Shown in pieces: positions 1-12,675 of a stretch of DNA of 64,000 bases (positions are counted from its first letter, which is position 1; every line of letters starts with the position of its first letter). Source of the DNA: Octopus sinensis (taxonomy: Eukaryota); assembly GCF_006345805.1 (NCBI RefSeq), contig NC_042999.1:61442001-61506000 (forward strand). The letters are read 5' to 3'. The notes beneath the pieces are model-generated. The model was not told the DNA's origin and made no database searches. It saw only the letters and a program-made list of their open reading frames with translations. Made by a program: the position numbers and the translations under genes.

Positions 1-351
1 ATACTTTGGGAACCAGACAAAAATTGCTGCAGCTCGACTGGAATGTGTTACCCCATCCTTCATATTCACCAAATTTTGCTCCTTCAGATTTCCACTTATT
101 CAGGTCTCTGCAGAATGGTCTTAATGGTAAAAATTTCAATTCCTTGGATTACGTAAAAAGATACCTTGATGAATTATTTGCCATGAAACCACCTCAATTC
201 CGGGAAGAGGGTATTTTCAAGTTAAAGAAAAGATGGAGACGCATTGTGCAACAAAATGGTTCATATGTGGTTGATTAATAATGTAATGGCAAGTATTTAT
301 TGACCTTTTTCTTTCATTTACAAATCGGCACGAACTTTCCGGACAACCCAA
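1..351 (+). mobile_element. Right end of a mariner (Tc1/mariner) DNA transposon: transposase C-terminus (ORF 6-278) plus right TIR
   Basis: ORF has PHPSYSPNFAPSDFHLF (mariner YSPDLAPxD motif with the third catalytic Asp) and ends RWRRIVQQNGSYVVD*. TIR-like AATCGGCACGAACTTTCCGGACAACCCAA ends at 351 and is followed by TA (352-353), the mariner target site. Confidence 0.9.
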
Positions 352-721
352 TATTTAGCGTGATTCGTGTGTGGCATTTTATCAGACTATGAAGAAAAGA
401 CATATGGTAAATTAATTTAACCAATCATAACACAGGTTATTGCTAATGGCTTTTGGCTGCAGATCATTCAGTCATCGCTTAGGATATATAGACATTACTT
501 CAAATACAGAAGAAATCTAATTAAAATACCAATGACGATGTGGATATCGTACATTACACCTTTTGCAGAACATCAAATCCTAAATTCCGAACAAATTAAA
601 AAATCACGTCCATAATTTTATTCACATCATCTCCTTCTCACATAAAGCTGCCACAGAGGAAATTTGAATTCATCTGAGTATGCGTGTGTTTGTATATGTA
701 TACAAAAATACACTCGTACGA

Positions 722-724
722 ACG

Positions 725-774
<50 letters not shown>

Positions 775-784
775 TATATACATT

Positions 785-867
<83 letters not shown>

Positions 868-1080
868 AATATATATGCACATATATATGTATATACATAT
901 ATATATATGTGTGTGTATGTATATATATATATATATTTACATATATAATATAAACGCATATATTTTCATATATATATATATATATATGGATAGATATGTA
1001 TAGGCACACACACACATATATATATATCCTTATATATATAAAAGTATATCCATATATATATATATGTGTGTGTGTGTTGT
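722..1080. repeat. Compound (CA)n/(TA)n/(TG)n microsatellite, representative of dozens of similar tracts (e.g. 11890-12680, 18710-19460, 23190-23640, 24400-24690, 33880-34310, 58200-58635)
   Basis: Directly visible dinucleotide repeats; they generate the YI/HT/CV-repeat ORFs in the track. Confidence 0.98.
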
Positions 1081-2690
1081 AAATATATGTGTATTTGTTG
1101 TTTGTGTCTGTGTGTTGTGTGTTTATTTGCATTCGTAATTTTATAGCCTCACTCTCTAACCTCAATAACTAATCTCCACAGATCAGTATGAAATCCACCC
1201 ACGCACCCTGATTACTTTCGCATGATTACTTCTTGATAAACCTCACACCATTGAGGGGAATAGAATCTAGAGACGTTAATCCTCCTTCTATTAACCCATT
1301 TGTACTTCGAAATGATACGCGTCTTTCGTTTGCCAGTTTGGCGCCATGCAAATCAGATAAGATTTGTGTTTGATTTGATAGAATGCAATTTCCATGATAA
1401 AACAGTGATACATGAACATTAACGTTATCGATTTTATGCTAGAAAAAGTTATATAATTATAAACATCGGCACACACATGTAACATTACTTTCTGAAATAG
1501 AAACGGTTGAAAGGTGAAAGTATCAACAGACATGACAATAAAAATTTGAAGGAAATTTATTATTCTGGTTTGTATATATAATACATAGCAACTAACTCAA
1601 CTTGCGAACTAAGTTTTTATTTCTGTACTCTATATATTTTCCGACAACCACCATTACCAGCACGTTTTATATTCCTTCTATGATTTACTATCAGGGCCAT
1701 CCTCAATGTCTGACTACCGGAGATCTCACCTGACAGTAATTTCAACGTGGAGAAACAACCATATCGACTTTCTTGTTACTCTATACTGAGCGACCGGATA
1801 TTATAGTAGCATGTACAGAGGGATCACATGGAACAATCATGTTCTAAGTCTGGCAAAAATCCGAAAAAATAAAAAGAAAGAAAAATGTAAAAGGAAAAAG
1901 AAAATGTATTGGAGTAGTTTGCTAGGTTGTGTACGTACTTCCTGCAAATGAAAACCGATATTTTTATTGGTAATAGAGTGAACTAAAAGTATCTGTTGGC
2001 AATAATATCTTCTCTGAAACAAGTTACTGTTTTCGATTTGAGCAGCTGTAGATTTTATTTACTTATTTAATGTCTTTTCGTATCTAATTTTTTTCTTATT
2101 GTTATTATTTCTCTTGTTATTATTGTTATCGCTGTTGATGACGTTAAGGTTTTTTTCCCTACATTCTTTCGTTTTGTACGAAGCATCAAATCTTCTGTCA
2201 CCTTTTGCCTGTAGGAAAAGTTGAAAATGCATTATCGTCTCCAGAACTTATATTTTAGTTCGTTAATTCTATTGTTGTATACTATTTATTCCGACATCGA
2301 TCTAAAAATACTAATAGAAGTATGATGTAATTGAAAAGCTTTTCTAAAATTGATGAATGGTTTAGAAATACGCAAGTGCGCAGTGTAAATTCTTCATAAC
2401 TATAGTCGAGAGCTGATCCTCCTGACAATTTAATTTGTAGCTATCGGCAAACGTTCTAAACTTCTATATTTTTGTACTCTCCTGTGGAAAAACATAGTAG
2501 ACTATGTAGAAAACCTTGTGCATTGATAATCTTTACTAAATTACAAATGTCTAAGCTGTGCATTAGCAGCAAATAGTATTATTTTATGGTAATTTTCATT
2601 TTGGCGTGGCTGGCACAACCCACCTCCTAGCTTAACTCTACAGAAGGATGTGTACGTTCATTCTTCCTACCTAAATAATAAAAAATATAT

Positions 2691-2996
2691 CACGGATGTG
2701 GCTTTGTGGTAGGAAGCTTGCTGTCCAATCACATGCTTTGGGCTCAGTCCCACTGCGTGGCACCTTGGGCGAGTGTTTACAACAATAGCCCCAGGACGAG
2801 GAAATCCTTGTGAGTGGATTTGGTAAACGGGAACTGAATGATGCCCGTCGAATGTGCGTGTGTGTCTTTGTGTCTGTGTTTATCCACCCACCGTCGCTTG
2901 ACAACTGGTGTTGGTGTGTTTACGTCCCAGTAACTTAGCGGTTCTGCATAAGAGACCGACAGAATATGTACAAGTCTTTAAAAAAATAAATCCTGG
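2691..2996 (+). mobile_element. tRNA-derived SINE family 1, degraded copy
   Basis: Head GTGGCTTTGTGGTAGGAAGCTTGC...CAGTCCCACTGCGTGGCACCTTGGGC and body GCTTGACAAC...GTAACTTAGCGGTT match other copies in the window. Confidence 0.85.
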
Positions 2997-3281
2997 CCGC
3001 AGTAAAATAGCAGAAACAAATAAAATAATTAAAATGTTAAAGAAGTGATTTTAAATTCTCAAACGCAGGATAATGCTAATAATATAGCCTGAGCAGGATA
3101 AGCTACCCCTATTTTGCAGAAACGCCTCTAAGGTAAACTTCGTTTGTTGGTTCACGTTCATCGTAATTTGAATTTAAAATAATTAAAATATATATAATTG
3201 ATTCACGCAAAGAAATTTGTTGAATATTCAGTTTGATTTCTTTAGCGGCACACCTTTTATATGCAATGAAGTTGACTAAAA

Positions 3282-3517
3282 CAGCTGACTAAAACAAATT
3301 CTCGCGACTCTACCTTGTTTTGTTATTGAGAACTTTATGTCATGGCACTACCAGGTTATTGATAATCACCTATCATGTGTTCTGGGCTTCAAATATTTCT
3401 TTTCTTAACGCAGCTGACTAAAACATATTCCCGCGATTCTACCTTGTTTTGTTACTGAGAATTTTATGTCACGGCACTACGAGGTTATTGATAATCACCT
3501 ATCATGTGTTCTGGGCT
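3282..3517. repeat. Local tandem duplication of ~107 bp (3282-3388 and 3411-3517)
   Basis: Both copies read CAGCTGACTAAAACA...CTACCTTGTTTTGTTA...GATAATCACCTATCATGTGTTCTGGGCT with scattered substitutions; period 129 bp. Confidence 0.9.
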
Positions 3518-4499
3518 AATATATATGGAGAGACATTAAGTTATACTGAAAAATATGATCGAATGTATATTATATCGAATTAGCAGCTGTGGGTTTTTAT
3601 CTGGCGTCAATATTTCTAAAGCAGACATAAGATTGAGTCGCCCGCAAAATTAATATTACAATACACCAATTTATATTCAGAATACAGTCAAAGACTTCTT
3701 TTATACGGTTTATCCCGATGAGCATTACTCGTATCAGGGATGATAATTTACTGTAATCGATTATAAATAAAGAAATCTCGGTCAATTGCTAATACAATAT
3801 ATGCTTCTGTGGTTCATAAAAGGTTTGGTATCATTTGCTATTTATTAACAGAATTCAAATGTTTGTAGTTGACATCTCGGTATTATATATTTCGATACTC
3901 GCCCAAGCTATCTTACAATACATTAGATTGGTTCTAGATAAAGAATATATAAATATCATAAATTAGTCATGAGGTGTCCTGCTAAAAAGAAAGTAGAAAA
4001 GTGTTTCGTAATTCATGTGCTTTCCAATGACGTCACCTCTAAATTCATTCATAACAAGCTGAATGTTCATGTAGAGAGGATAGAATAGTGGAATGGGAAA
4101 TTATTCAAACGGATGTATTTTCGCGTAGAATGATAGCTGTCTTGTTATATTGTAGAAATTTATAGTTCCTTACTACCATATAACATAGTGATATCTTTTA
4201 TTCAATTTAATATCAATGCAATAGTTAGAAGTTAGCCACGATTTTGACTTTCGACTGAGAGTATTTCAAACAAGATGACAACGAACAAGATATGAATACT
4301 TTTTTTCTATTACACGACCATAAACCTACGGAGCCAGCACGTTCGATGGCGCTCTTACCGATTCTTTGCATAGGTTAATTATAATAAATTTGTAAAATCT
4401 TCTTAACTATTGTCAACTAAATTGGCTCTGCTAGCACTGCTCCAGTATAAATATACCTTATTTAGTAAACATATAATAGGGATGACCATTTCTTTCTTA

Positions 4500-4676
4500 G
4501 AACATTCCTTCATAGTGGTAAGACCATAGCGGATCTACTTCTAGCATATGGATGTCCATGTAGTGGTGCTCCTTCTTATATGTATGTAATACAATTTTTT
4601 CTGTATCTTCAGATTTTAATATGCTAGATCACTGGTTTTAAATTGATATTAATCTAATTGATTTTCACCCTTATTT
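4500..4676 (-). repeat. Unclassified dispersed repeat, homologous to 50340-50550
   Basis: Reverse complement shares CCAGTG(A/G)TCTAGCATAT and ATGCTAGA...AGATCCGCTATGGTC with 50401-50530. Confidence 0.75.
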
Positions 4677-4694
4677 AGTATATATACATATATA

Positions 4695-4752
<58 letters not shown>

Positions 4753-4772
4753 GTGTGTGTGTGTGTTTATGT

Positions 4773-4828
<56 letters not shown>

Positions 4829-5250
4829 TAAAGCACTCAGAACTAGCGAGATAGTACGTCTGGGTGTCCCTTACAGTAACTCATCAACTGAAAAAATTAA
4901 AAATCTTCATTAATTGAAGCCTTGAGTGTTTTAATTTCCATTTGAATGTTCTATAAGCTCTGTCTAAATATATCGAGCACAATTGTTGTATTAACATTCA
5001 CTAAGTTTTAATATATACTGCAAGAGTCAAATGAATACATATGTTTATGCTAGCGAGTATGTATACTATGTGGTTCTGTGTGTGTGTGTGTGTATGGGTG
5101 TGTTTGTGTGTGTCCGTGTGGCAGTATGTGTGTTTGTATGTGTGTCTGCGTACGTGTGTTTCTGTATGATTGTGAATCTCTCTCTGTATGTTTTTTTGGG
5201 GTGGGGGGTTTCGATTATTAATAAGGGCAAAGAATGAAATAATCTCTTTT

Positions 5251-5451
5251 ACCCTTTTACTCTTTTACTAGTTTCATTCATTTGACTGTGGCCATACTGG
5301 AGCATCGCATTTAGTCGAGCAAATCGACCCCAGGACTTATTCTTTGTAAGCCTAGTACTTATTCTATCGGTCTCTTTTGCTGAACTGCATCGGTTGTCAA
5401 GTGATTTTGGACGGGGGTACAAACACAGAGATACGTACAATGTACAGACAC

Positions 5452-5525
<74 letters not shown>

Positions 5526-5688
5526 CATTTATAAATATATACGACGGGCTTCTTTCAATTTCTGTCTAGCAAATCCACTCACAAGACTTTAGTAGACGAC
5601 ACTTGCCCAAGGTGCCACACAGTGGGACTGAACCCGGAACCATGTGGTTGGTAAGCAAGTTACTTACGACACAGTGACTCCTATGCCT
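5251..5688 (-). mobile_element. SINE family 1, near full length with internal microsatellite
   Basis: Minus strand: head TAGGCATAGGAGTC...CCGGGTTCAGTCCCACTGTGTGGCACCTTGGG, (TA)n(TG)n centre, tail CTGGGGTCGATTTGCTCGACTAAA...CAGTCAAATGAATGAAAC...AAAAGAGTAAAAG. Confidence 0.9.
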
Positions 5689-6602
5689 AAAAAAAAATCA
5701 CTAAAAAAATAAAACAAAAAACCTAACACTCTTCGAAATGACATTCTTTGCTATATTTCGCTCTGCGTCGAAATCCAAACGTTGCCTTGATATTTCCCCC
5801 ATCAGAAATACATTCTACTTGCGATTTTCCTTAGTAAAACTGCCGCTAACCACACCGTTATCACTAACCACTCTGTAAAAGCATCTAATATAACAACACA
5901 ACATAAAATAAGGAATAAGCAAAAGCGCAATCAATTGATATTTGCATTCAATGCAAACACAGTTCTAAGACCGGACGTATATATTTAGAACCCATAAGAC
6001 AGATGTAAGGTCAGCCTTAACGATCCACTAAAGTCACTTCTATTTACAGGTTGGATGACTTGTGAAAATGTTATAAGAAGCGATTATTACGACTATGTAA
6101 GGTGGCACAGCAGGACACAGCCAAGCGTACAGACAAGAACGGCGCCAGCAAATGAAAAGCCAGAGAGAAAATTGATGCACCAGTACATCTGCAGCCGTAG
6201 TTTCGTACACAAACGAATGAACTAAAGAAATTTAGTGGCATAGTAATGAAACTTCTTCATGCATATGTATGTATGACTATGTTGATAACGGAACGAAAAT
6301 ATATGCTTGACAAAACTTATTCATCAATACGAATATACAATCGGTACATACATACACACACACACTCGGGAGCGCGCACACACATACACACACATATAAT
6401 TGATATTATTGTGTGTATACATGTATCATATTTCCATATTAAGTCTATATATATATATATATAATATATATATATATATATGTATATATGTATATATGTA
6501 TGTATATACATACATAAATATATATACACATGCATACATACATACACTTCTATATATGTATGTATATGAATGTATGTATGTATGTATATATATATATATA
6601 TA

Positions 6603-6713
6603 TAGGCACAGGAGTAGCTATGTGGTAAGAAGCTTGCTTCCAAACCACATGGCTCCGGGTTCAGTCCTGCTGCGTAACACCTTAGTCTAGTGTCTTTACT
6701 ATAGCCTCGAGCC
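6603..6713 (+). mobile_element. SINE family 1, 5' head fragment
   Basis: TAGGCACAGGAGTAGCTATGTGGTAAGAAGCTTGCTTCCAAACCACATGGCTCCGGGTTCAGTCC. Confidence 0.85.
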
Positions 6714-6980
6714 GAATGAAATTGTTCCTTATATATTGGAAGAAAAAAGCAAAATATAGACATAGTATTTCTCAATGACTCTAAAGCAGACTGCGGCAGC
6801 AGTACTGGGTATTAATATTTATCGCCAAGCTAACATGGCAGTCCAGAAAAATAGGACTAATGCTGCCGTTGATTAGCTCCGAGTGGCCATAGCCTCCAGC
6901 TCGCGATGTGACACACCAATCTGTGTACATTACAACCTTTGAACAAGGGTGGTCATCAGCTTCAACTTGCTGGTTCAACA

Positions 6981-7023
6981 TCCACACACCGGTTTCGCAG
7001 TATTTGCCCCTTATCAATGTGAA
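6981..7023 (-). ncRNA. Type I hammerhead-like motif, U3-A8 variant, probably inactive (GUG at cleavage site)
   Basis: Minus strand TTCACA TTGATAA GGGG CAAATA CTGC GAAA CCGG TG TGTGGA: stem I TTCACA/TGTGGA, stem III palindrome ACCGGT, position 17 is G, stem II has a mismatch. Confidence 0.5.
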
Positions 7024-7223
7024 ATAGCTAACTGCAGCAGTCTTCCTATTTCTCTGGACTGCCATGTTAGCTTGTTGATAAATATTAATACCCACTACTG
7101 CTGACGTAGTCTCCTTTAGAGTGATTTAGAAATAATAATATTTCTATTTTTGAAAATCACTGAATAGATATAAATAAACCTTCGAACAGACGGTCAAAAG
7201 CGACGCCTGCTGGATTCATCCAC

Positions 7224-7266
7224 TCCACATTGATAAGGGGCAAATACCCAGAAACCGGTTGGTGGG
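7224..7266 (+). ncRNA. Type I hammerhead-like motif, U3-A8 variant, decayed
   Basis: TCCACA TTGATAA GGGG CAAATA CCCA GAAA CCGG TT GGTGGG; core-proximal mismatches in stems I and II. Confidence 0.5.
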
Positions 7267-7529
7267 CGTTGAACATGCAAAGGGAAGCTGTTCGAAGGTT
7301 ATAATGTACACAGATGCGTGTGTCACATAGCTAGCTTAAGGCGATGGCCTCTCGGAGCTTATCAACCGCAGCATTCGTCCTATTTCTCTGTACTGTCATG
7401 TTAGCTTGGCGATAAATATTAAAGCAAAATATACTGTTTCGAAATGTATTATTCTGAACTCAATTTATTCTTCAATTGGAAAACAGTTTATTCTTCAATT
7501 GATAAATCAATTCTGAATTCATAATACAA

Positions 7530-7594
<65 letters not shown>

Positions 7595-7653
7595 TAATAA
7601 TAATAATAAATAATGATAATAATAATAATAACAATAATAATAATAATAATAAT

Positions 7654-7691
<38 letters not shown>

Positions 7692-7699
7692 GAATAACA

Positions 7700-8700
7700 C
7701 GAAAAAATTTTATCATATGCACCGCGTTGTTCAGGAAGAGTTTTAGGCTCATGTTCATTGACAAATGCAGCCAAGTCTGTGATGATATAATGTGTCTCTC
7801 TTGCTATGTCTCTTGAAGTTAAATCAATACTTTGATGGTTTGGTATTGGAAGTCCAGAGCCAAACTCGTGCAAAGTTTTGCCTTCTATGGCCAAAACTTG
7901 ATCTTCAATTTCAATCAGTGCTTGGTTAAAAATTGTTTTATTGAACTGAATATTGATATCTGGGTTACCTGTTTAATTTTACAGCCATGTCCTCAAAATG
8001 TGTCATCGAAAGCTGTAGTGGACTGCAAAGTTGGCACACGTTCAGTATAACTGCCAAAAGGTTACGAGGTTTCCTTGGACATTCTGATACTGATTCTTCA
8101 GTCAATGCAATGTTCCAATGCCCATGATTTTCTAAAAAGAAAAACCTTCATGATAATATACTTCCCAATAAGTTTCACACACAGGATCATTTACCCTTCT
8201 CGAATTTTGGAATGATTTGGGGCCATGTACTTCATACCAAAGGCGCCGTAAGTCGTAGCATTCTGCTTGGATTGGGAGGACACAGTAAACTCTTTCAAGA
8301 ACGTCATCCCCACGTTTCCTTATCTCCCATTTATTGTTTCTTCAGAAGTAATACTTGGGTAATTGTGGGTAAAGGAATTTTCTTGCATCTTCATCTACTG
8401 GACACAACTTTAAAAAGCGGTTTGTTTTGGATAACATGCTTGTTTAAATGTTGTTTCTTTTGCAAAGATAACCCTGTGGCCATTCTCTAGATGGACACTT
8501 GGATGAATGGTAGCTGTGTGTTTCCCATGAATGCGGAAATTGAAATTGCAGCAAAAAGCCTCATTGGTATTGATGTATCTTCCTCTGTTATACTGTACAT
8601 CGTCGTTTTTATTTATCCGCTCATTGCCATTATGCATGAGAGTGTATATTGCAGCATCTAAACATCTAAACCTTTGTTTATATATTTGCAAACATACTTA
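7700..8700 (-). pseudogene. Decayed Helitron Rep/helicase coding fragment (linker upstream of the PIF1 helicase)
   Basis: Minus-strand peptides NDDVQYNRGRYINTNEA, HPSVHLENGHRVIF, ALIEIEDQVLAIEGKTLHEFG and RETHYIITDLAAFVNEHEPKTLPEQRGAYDKI resemble Helitron RepHel motifs; frameshifts and stops; runs into an (AAT)/(AAC) microsatellite at ~7530-7695. Confidence 0.75.
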
Positions 8701-9051
8701 ATAGAATTAACAGAGTTGCAGAATTCACCATTGAATCTAGCTATTTGTACTCGTCTTTGCTTCACGATTGAATACTGATCATTTACAACTACCCCATCTC
8801 CTCTTGTAGAGAGCGAGACTTTTTCGAAAATTAAAATAGGGATTAAATGAAAAAATGTCTTACGACAATATCTCCACTAAAGTGATTGAAATAAATGGCG
8901 ACTGAGGAACGCCCCACACATACACACACGCGCGCGCGCACATATATACAGTATCAAACATCAGATTAAATGGACATATGTGTGTGTGAGAGAGAGGAGT
9001 GTGTTGTCATGTATACGTGCATACATAAATAAATATGCATTCATCTTTTTT

Positions 9052-9101
<50 letters not shown>

Positions 9102-9664
9102 CGTGTGAGTGAGAGAGAGAGTGCTACTTAGTCATCACTCTCTTGCATTCTATTTCACACACACGTGCGCGCACACATACGTACAAGAAGATGTATACAT
9201 ATGTATGTACGTATACATGACAATACACCTCTTGACGAACTCACTCTTTCTAGCGCTGACTCTCTCTCTCTCTCTCTCTCTAACGTAAACACACACAAAC
9301 ATAGACACATACATAAATGCATACAAACGTACATACACAATCACACGTGTGCGTGTGTGTGTGTGAGAGAGAGAGGGGGGGAGCAGAGAGAACATTGCAG
9401 ACAACGAATGAAATAAACATGAACTGAAAAAATCGTATAGATAAAAGCTCATTAAAAACTATCTCGTACCGAATATGTCAATTTGTGAACTTAGTAAATA
9501 TTTCTTTCAGTAATTTATCGTAGCTTTTTACAAATAGCGAATTAAAACTTGAAATGAAAACATTTAAATAGAAAATGAAAACGCAAAATTTCGCTGTTGC
9601 TACGTCAATACCGGAAGCTGACACTGAGAAACCATTCTAAAGCAGTGAATCATATATATAAAGG

Positions 9665-9790
9665 AATATTATTTACATTATTCACATTTGACGGATATTT
9701 GTCTTCATCTTGTTTGTTGTTAACACAATGTTTCGGCTGATATACCCTTGGGGAAATTTCGAACCTGGGTTCTCATTCCTATTATTATTA

Positions 9791-9881
<91 letters not shown>

Positions 9882-9916
9882 CGTCGTCGTCGTCGTCGTT
9901 GTTGTTGTTGTTGTTG

Positions 9917-9960
<44 letters not shown>

Positions 9961-10935
9961 TTTATTATTCAGGTCACTGCTTGGAATCGAACTCGGAATC
10001 TTGGGGCTAGTAGCCCAAGTGAATTTTAGGGCTTATAAATCTAATATTTTTCTATCTTTCCTTAATACCGGTTCCCATATGTTGCTCATATCTGCATTCG
10101 GTCTGCTTAAGAGGTTGTTGTGCCCTAGCATATGAGCTGCTTCATTTAGTTTTCGTTGTTTCCAGTGGTGTTCTCTGTCTATTATTTTAACCTCATCCCA
10201 CAAGGAGAGGTGGTCTCCATTTTTCCATACATGATCAGCTATAGCCGATTTATCAATATCTCCTCGTGTCACAGCTTTGCGATGTTCGGCTACTCTTATT
10301 TTGAGGGGCGGCATGTTTCGCCTTTGTATAACCTATCACAATTGCATGGGATGGACTACACACAGTCTTTGGTCAAATTCTCTTCTATTGGTGGTTTTAC
10401 TCGAAGGAGATATCTGAGAAGTGTTGTATTACTCTTGAATACTGTCCTGATGTCATATGGACATATCTTTTGTATCTTTTCGGAGGGGCCTTTCACATAG
10501 GGTAGACAGACTGTGGACAGTTTATCGGCCTCTTCCTCTCTATTCTTTATAATTGGAGTGGACAGTATACTTTTAGGGTGGATGTTGCTTAACAGATCCT
10601 TATTGCGCTTGGTCATTTGTTCGTGGTGTGTATCACGATCGCTACTTATATTCTTTGAACGATGTTTTAGGCATTGAGCAATCCCTCTCTTTACACTGTA
10701 TGGATAGTGACAATAGAAGTTGAGGTATCGTCCAGTGAAGGTCGGCTTGCAGCATACGGATGTCCTGAATCCATACTTGGTGCGTGTTATTTATACGTCC
10801 AGGAATGCCAGCTGATCGTCTTTTTCCTTTTCTACTGTGAACTGTATGGACGGCTTTATTGAGTTCACATGATCTAACAGCACTTGGACATCTTTCTGGT
10901 GGGTCCAGAGTAAAAAGGTGTCATCAACATATAGT
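9665..10935 (-). mobile_element. 5'-truncated Penelope-like retroelement (Penelope/Poseidon-like): RT C-terminus, GIY-YIG endonuclease, 3' tail
   Basis: YVDDTFLLW at 10931 downward, QFTVEKEKDDQLAFLDV, CLPYVKGPSEKI...FKSNTTL, LKIRVAEHRKAV...KSAIADHVW...EVKII...RKLNEAAH; stops and frameshifts; 3' tail has CAGCCGAAAC, a hammerhead remnant. Confidence 0.88.
10033..10314 (-). pseudogene. GIY-YIG endonuclease C-terminal fragment of the PLE
   Basis: 93-aa ORF with R-x-x-E-H, SAIADH and RKLNEA motifs. Confidence 0.85.
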
Positions 10936-11356
10936 AGCTATAGTGTTGGTTTTAGTGGTGTTGATCCTAAAGCCAAATTCTCAAATGTAAATAATCTACA
11001 TAATTCCTCATCTCTTAAATATAGAATTGGAATATTATTTATTTTTAACCTTCAAATAAACTGAAGACACTATCATGTATCCAAGATCAAATTATTCATG
11101 CATCCTAAATATAGAAGCCATTCGTGCAACCGTTTTCGCGTGAAAAGCGAATACACACACACACACATACAGGTCTCTTTTCTATATGGATATATTTATG
11201 TTAGGATGTGTTTCAGTATCTGCATGCTGTGTGGCCATATACCTCTTAATGTGAGCTGGTGGCAGTGTAAACTTTCATTTTATTAAAGAGATTGACATAT
11301 TCTCCAGGAAAAACAGGAGGACAAAAACGGAGTGAGAAACATAAAGAGAGAGAAAG

Positions 11357-11387
<31 letters not shown>

Positions 11388-11894
11388 TGAGAGAGATCTT
11401 TGACATGAAGAATGCAAATTAATTAAATAAGCTACGGGAGTGTGTACAATGATCGGGGTGGCGTTTAAAGGATTCTGTGAGAACTTAAATAAGAGAACAG
11501 CAGGCTTAATCCCAACAATCGACAGCACACGCACTGTCATATATTCGATATTCTGTTTATCACGCCGCATGACCGTGTATGCTGTGTAATGCTTAAGAGA
11601 AGGAAAATCGATAGAGCAGATTACCTTTGCCGACTCAGTCGCATAATTTGTTTCAGAATCGATTCACTATTTCGACTGTCTTTATCACATGTACCAACTC
11701 GTGCAAATCAATCTATTTACCATATTATGTTTCAACAGCCTATTAATGTGTCTGTATGTGAGTTTGTGTACGTATGTGAAAACAATCCTGGCGGTTAGTA
11801 TGTAAATGCAAGTTTGTGTGAACCTGACGTTCGGTGTCAGGGTTTTATATGTATATGCACGAATGTTATAATATATAAATAATAAATATGTGTG

Positions 11895-11944
<50 letters not shown>

Positions 11945-12121
11945 GCACACATAGATGCGTTGTGCGTGTGTGTGTTTTGTATTTGCCTTCATAATCCCCT
12001 CCTTTAGCTCACAAGAGTAATGCAACACACGGATTGATAAGACTCTATGCAAATAATAGCTTATTTTGTATGTATACGAAAATCTGTCTATGCTTATATG
12101 AGTGTACATATATATATACAT

Positions 12122-12153
<32 letters not shown>

Positions 12154-12355
12154 GTATGTATATATACATATATATACATAAATGTATATACATTATGTTT
12201 ATATACATATATATATACATAAATGTATATACATTATGTGTATATACATATACATATATATATATACATATAAATATGTAGATATGTATATGTATAATAT
12301 ACATAAAAATGTATATTATATATATATATTATATATATGTGTGTGTGTGTGTGTG

Positions 12356-12398
<43 letters not shown>

Positions 12399-12612
12399 TG
12401 TGTGCGTATGGAGGTGCGCGTGTATGTTTGTACGTGTGTGCACATACACATGTGGGTGTATATACATATATATATAGAGAGAGAGAGATAACCATAAATT
12501 TATATATAAGTATGTTTATATGCACATATATACTTACACGCACATACACACACAAACATATCACATGCGTATATGTATATGTCTGTATATATGTATGTGC
12601 GTTTGTGGATGT

Positions 12613-12675
<63 letters not shown>

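Larger units (their letters stand above)
6797..7422. mobile_element. Older, rearranged ORF-less fold-back element with two hammerhead-like motifs; same family as 58635-59240
   Basis: 60-bp inverted repeat at 6797-6856/7044-7103; ~7225-7422 is a diverged inverted copy of ~6810-7020; aligns along its length with 58640-58850 (TATCGCCA..CTAA.ATGGCA, TTAGCTCC, GGCCAT.GCC, AACCTT.GAACAAGGG.GGTCA). Confidence 0.75.

Noticed and set aside
627-1165. Long YI/HT/CV-repeat ORFs here and throughout the track
   Set aside because: Translations of dinucleotide microsatellites that lack stop codons.
1291-1533. 80-aa minus-strand ORF and nearby GC-richer patch at ~1690-1850
   Set aside because: No recognisable motif, and the candidate plus-strand exon has stops in all frames.
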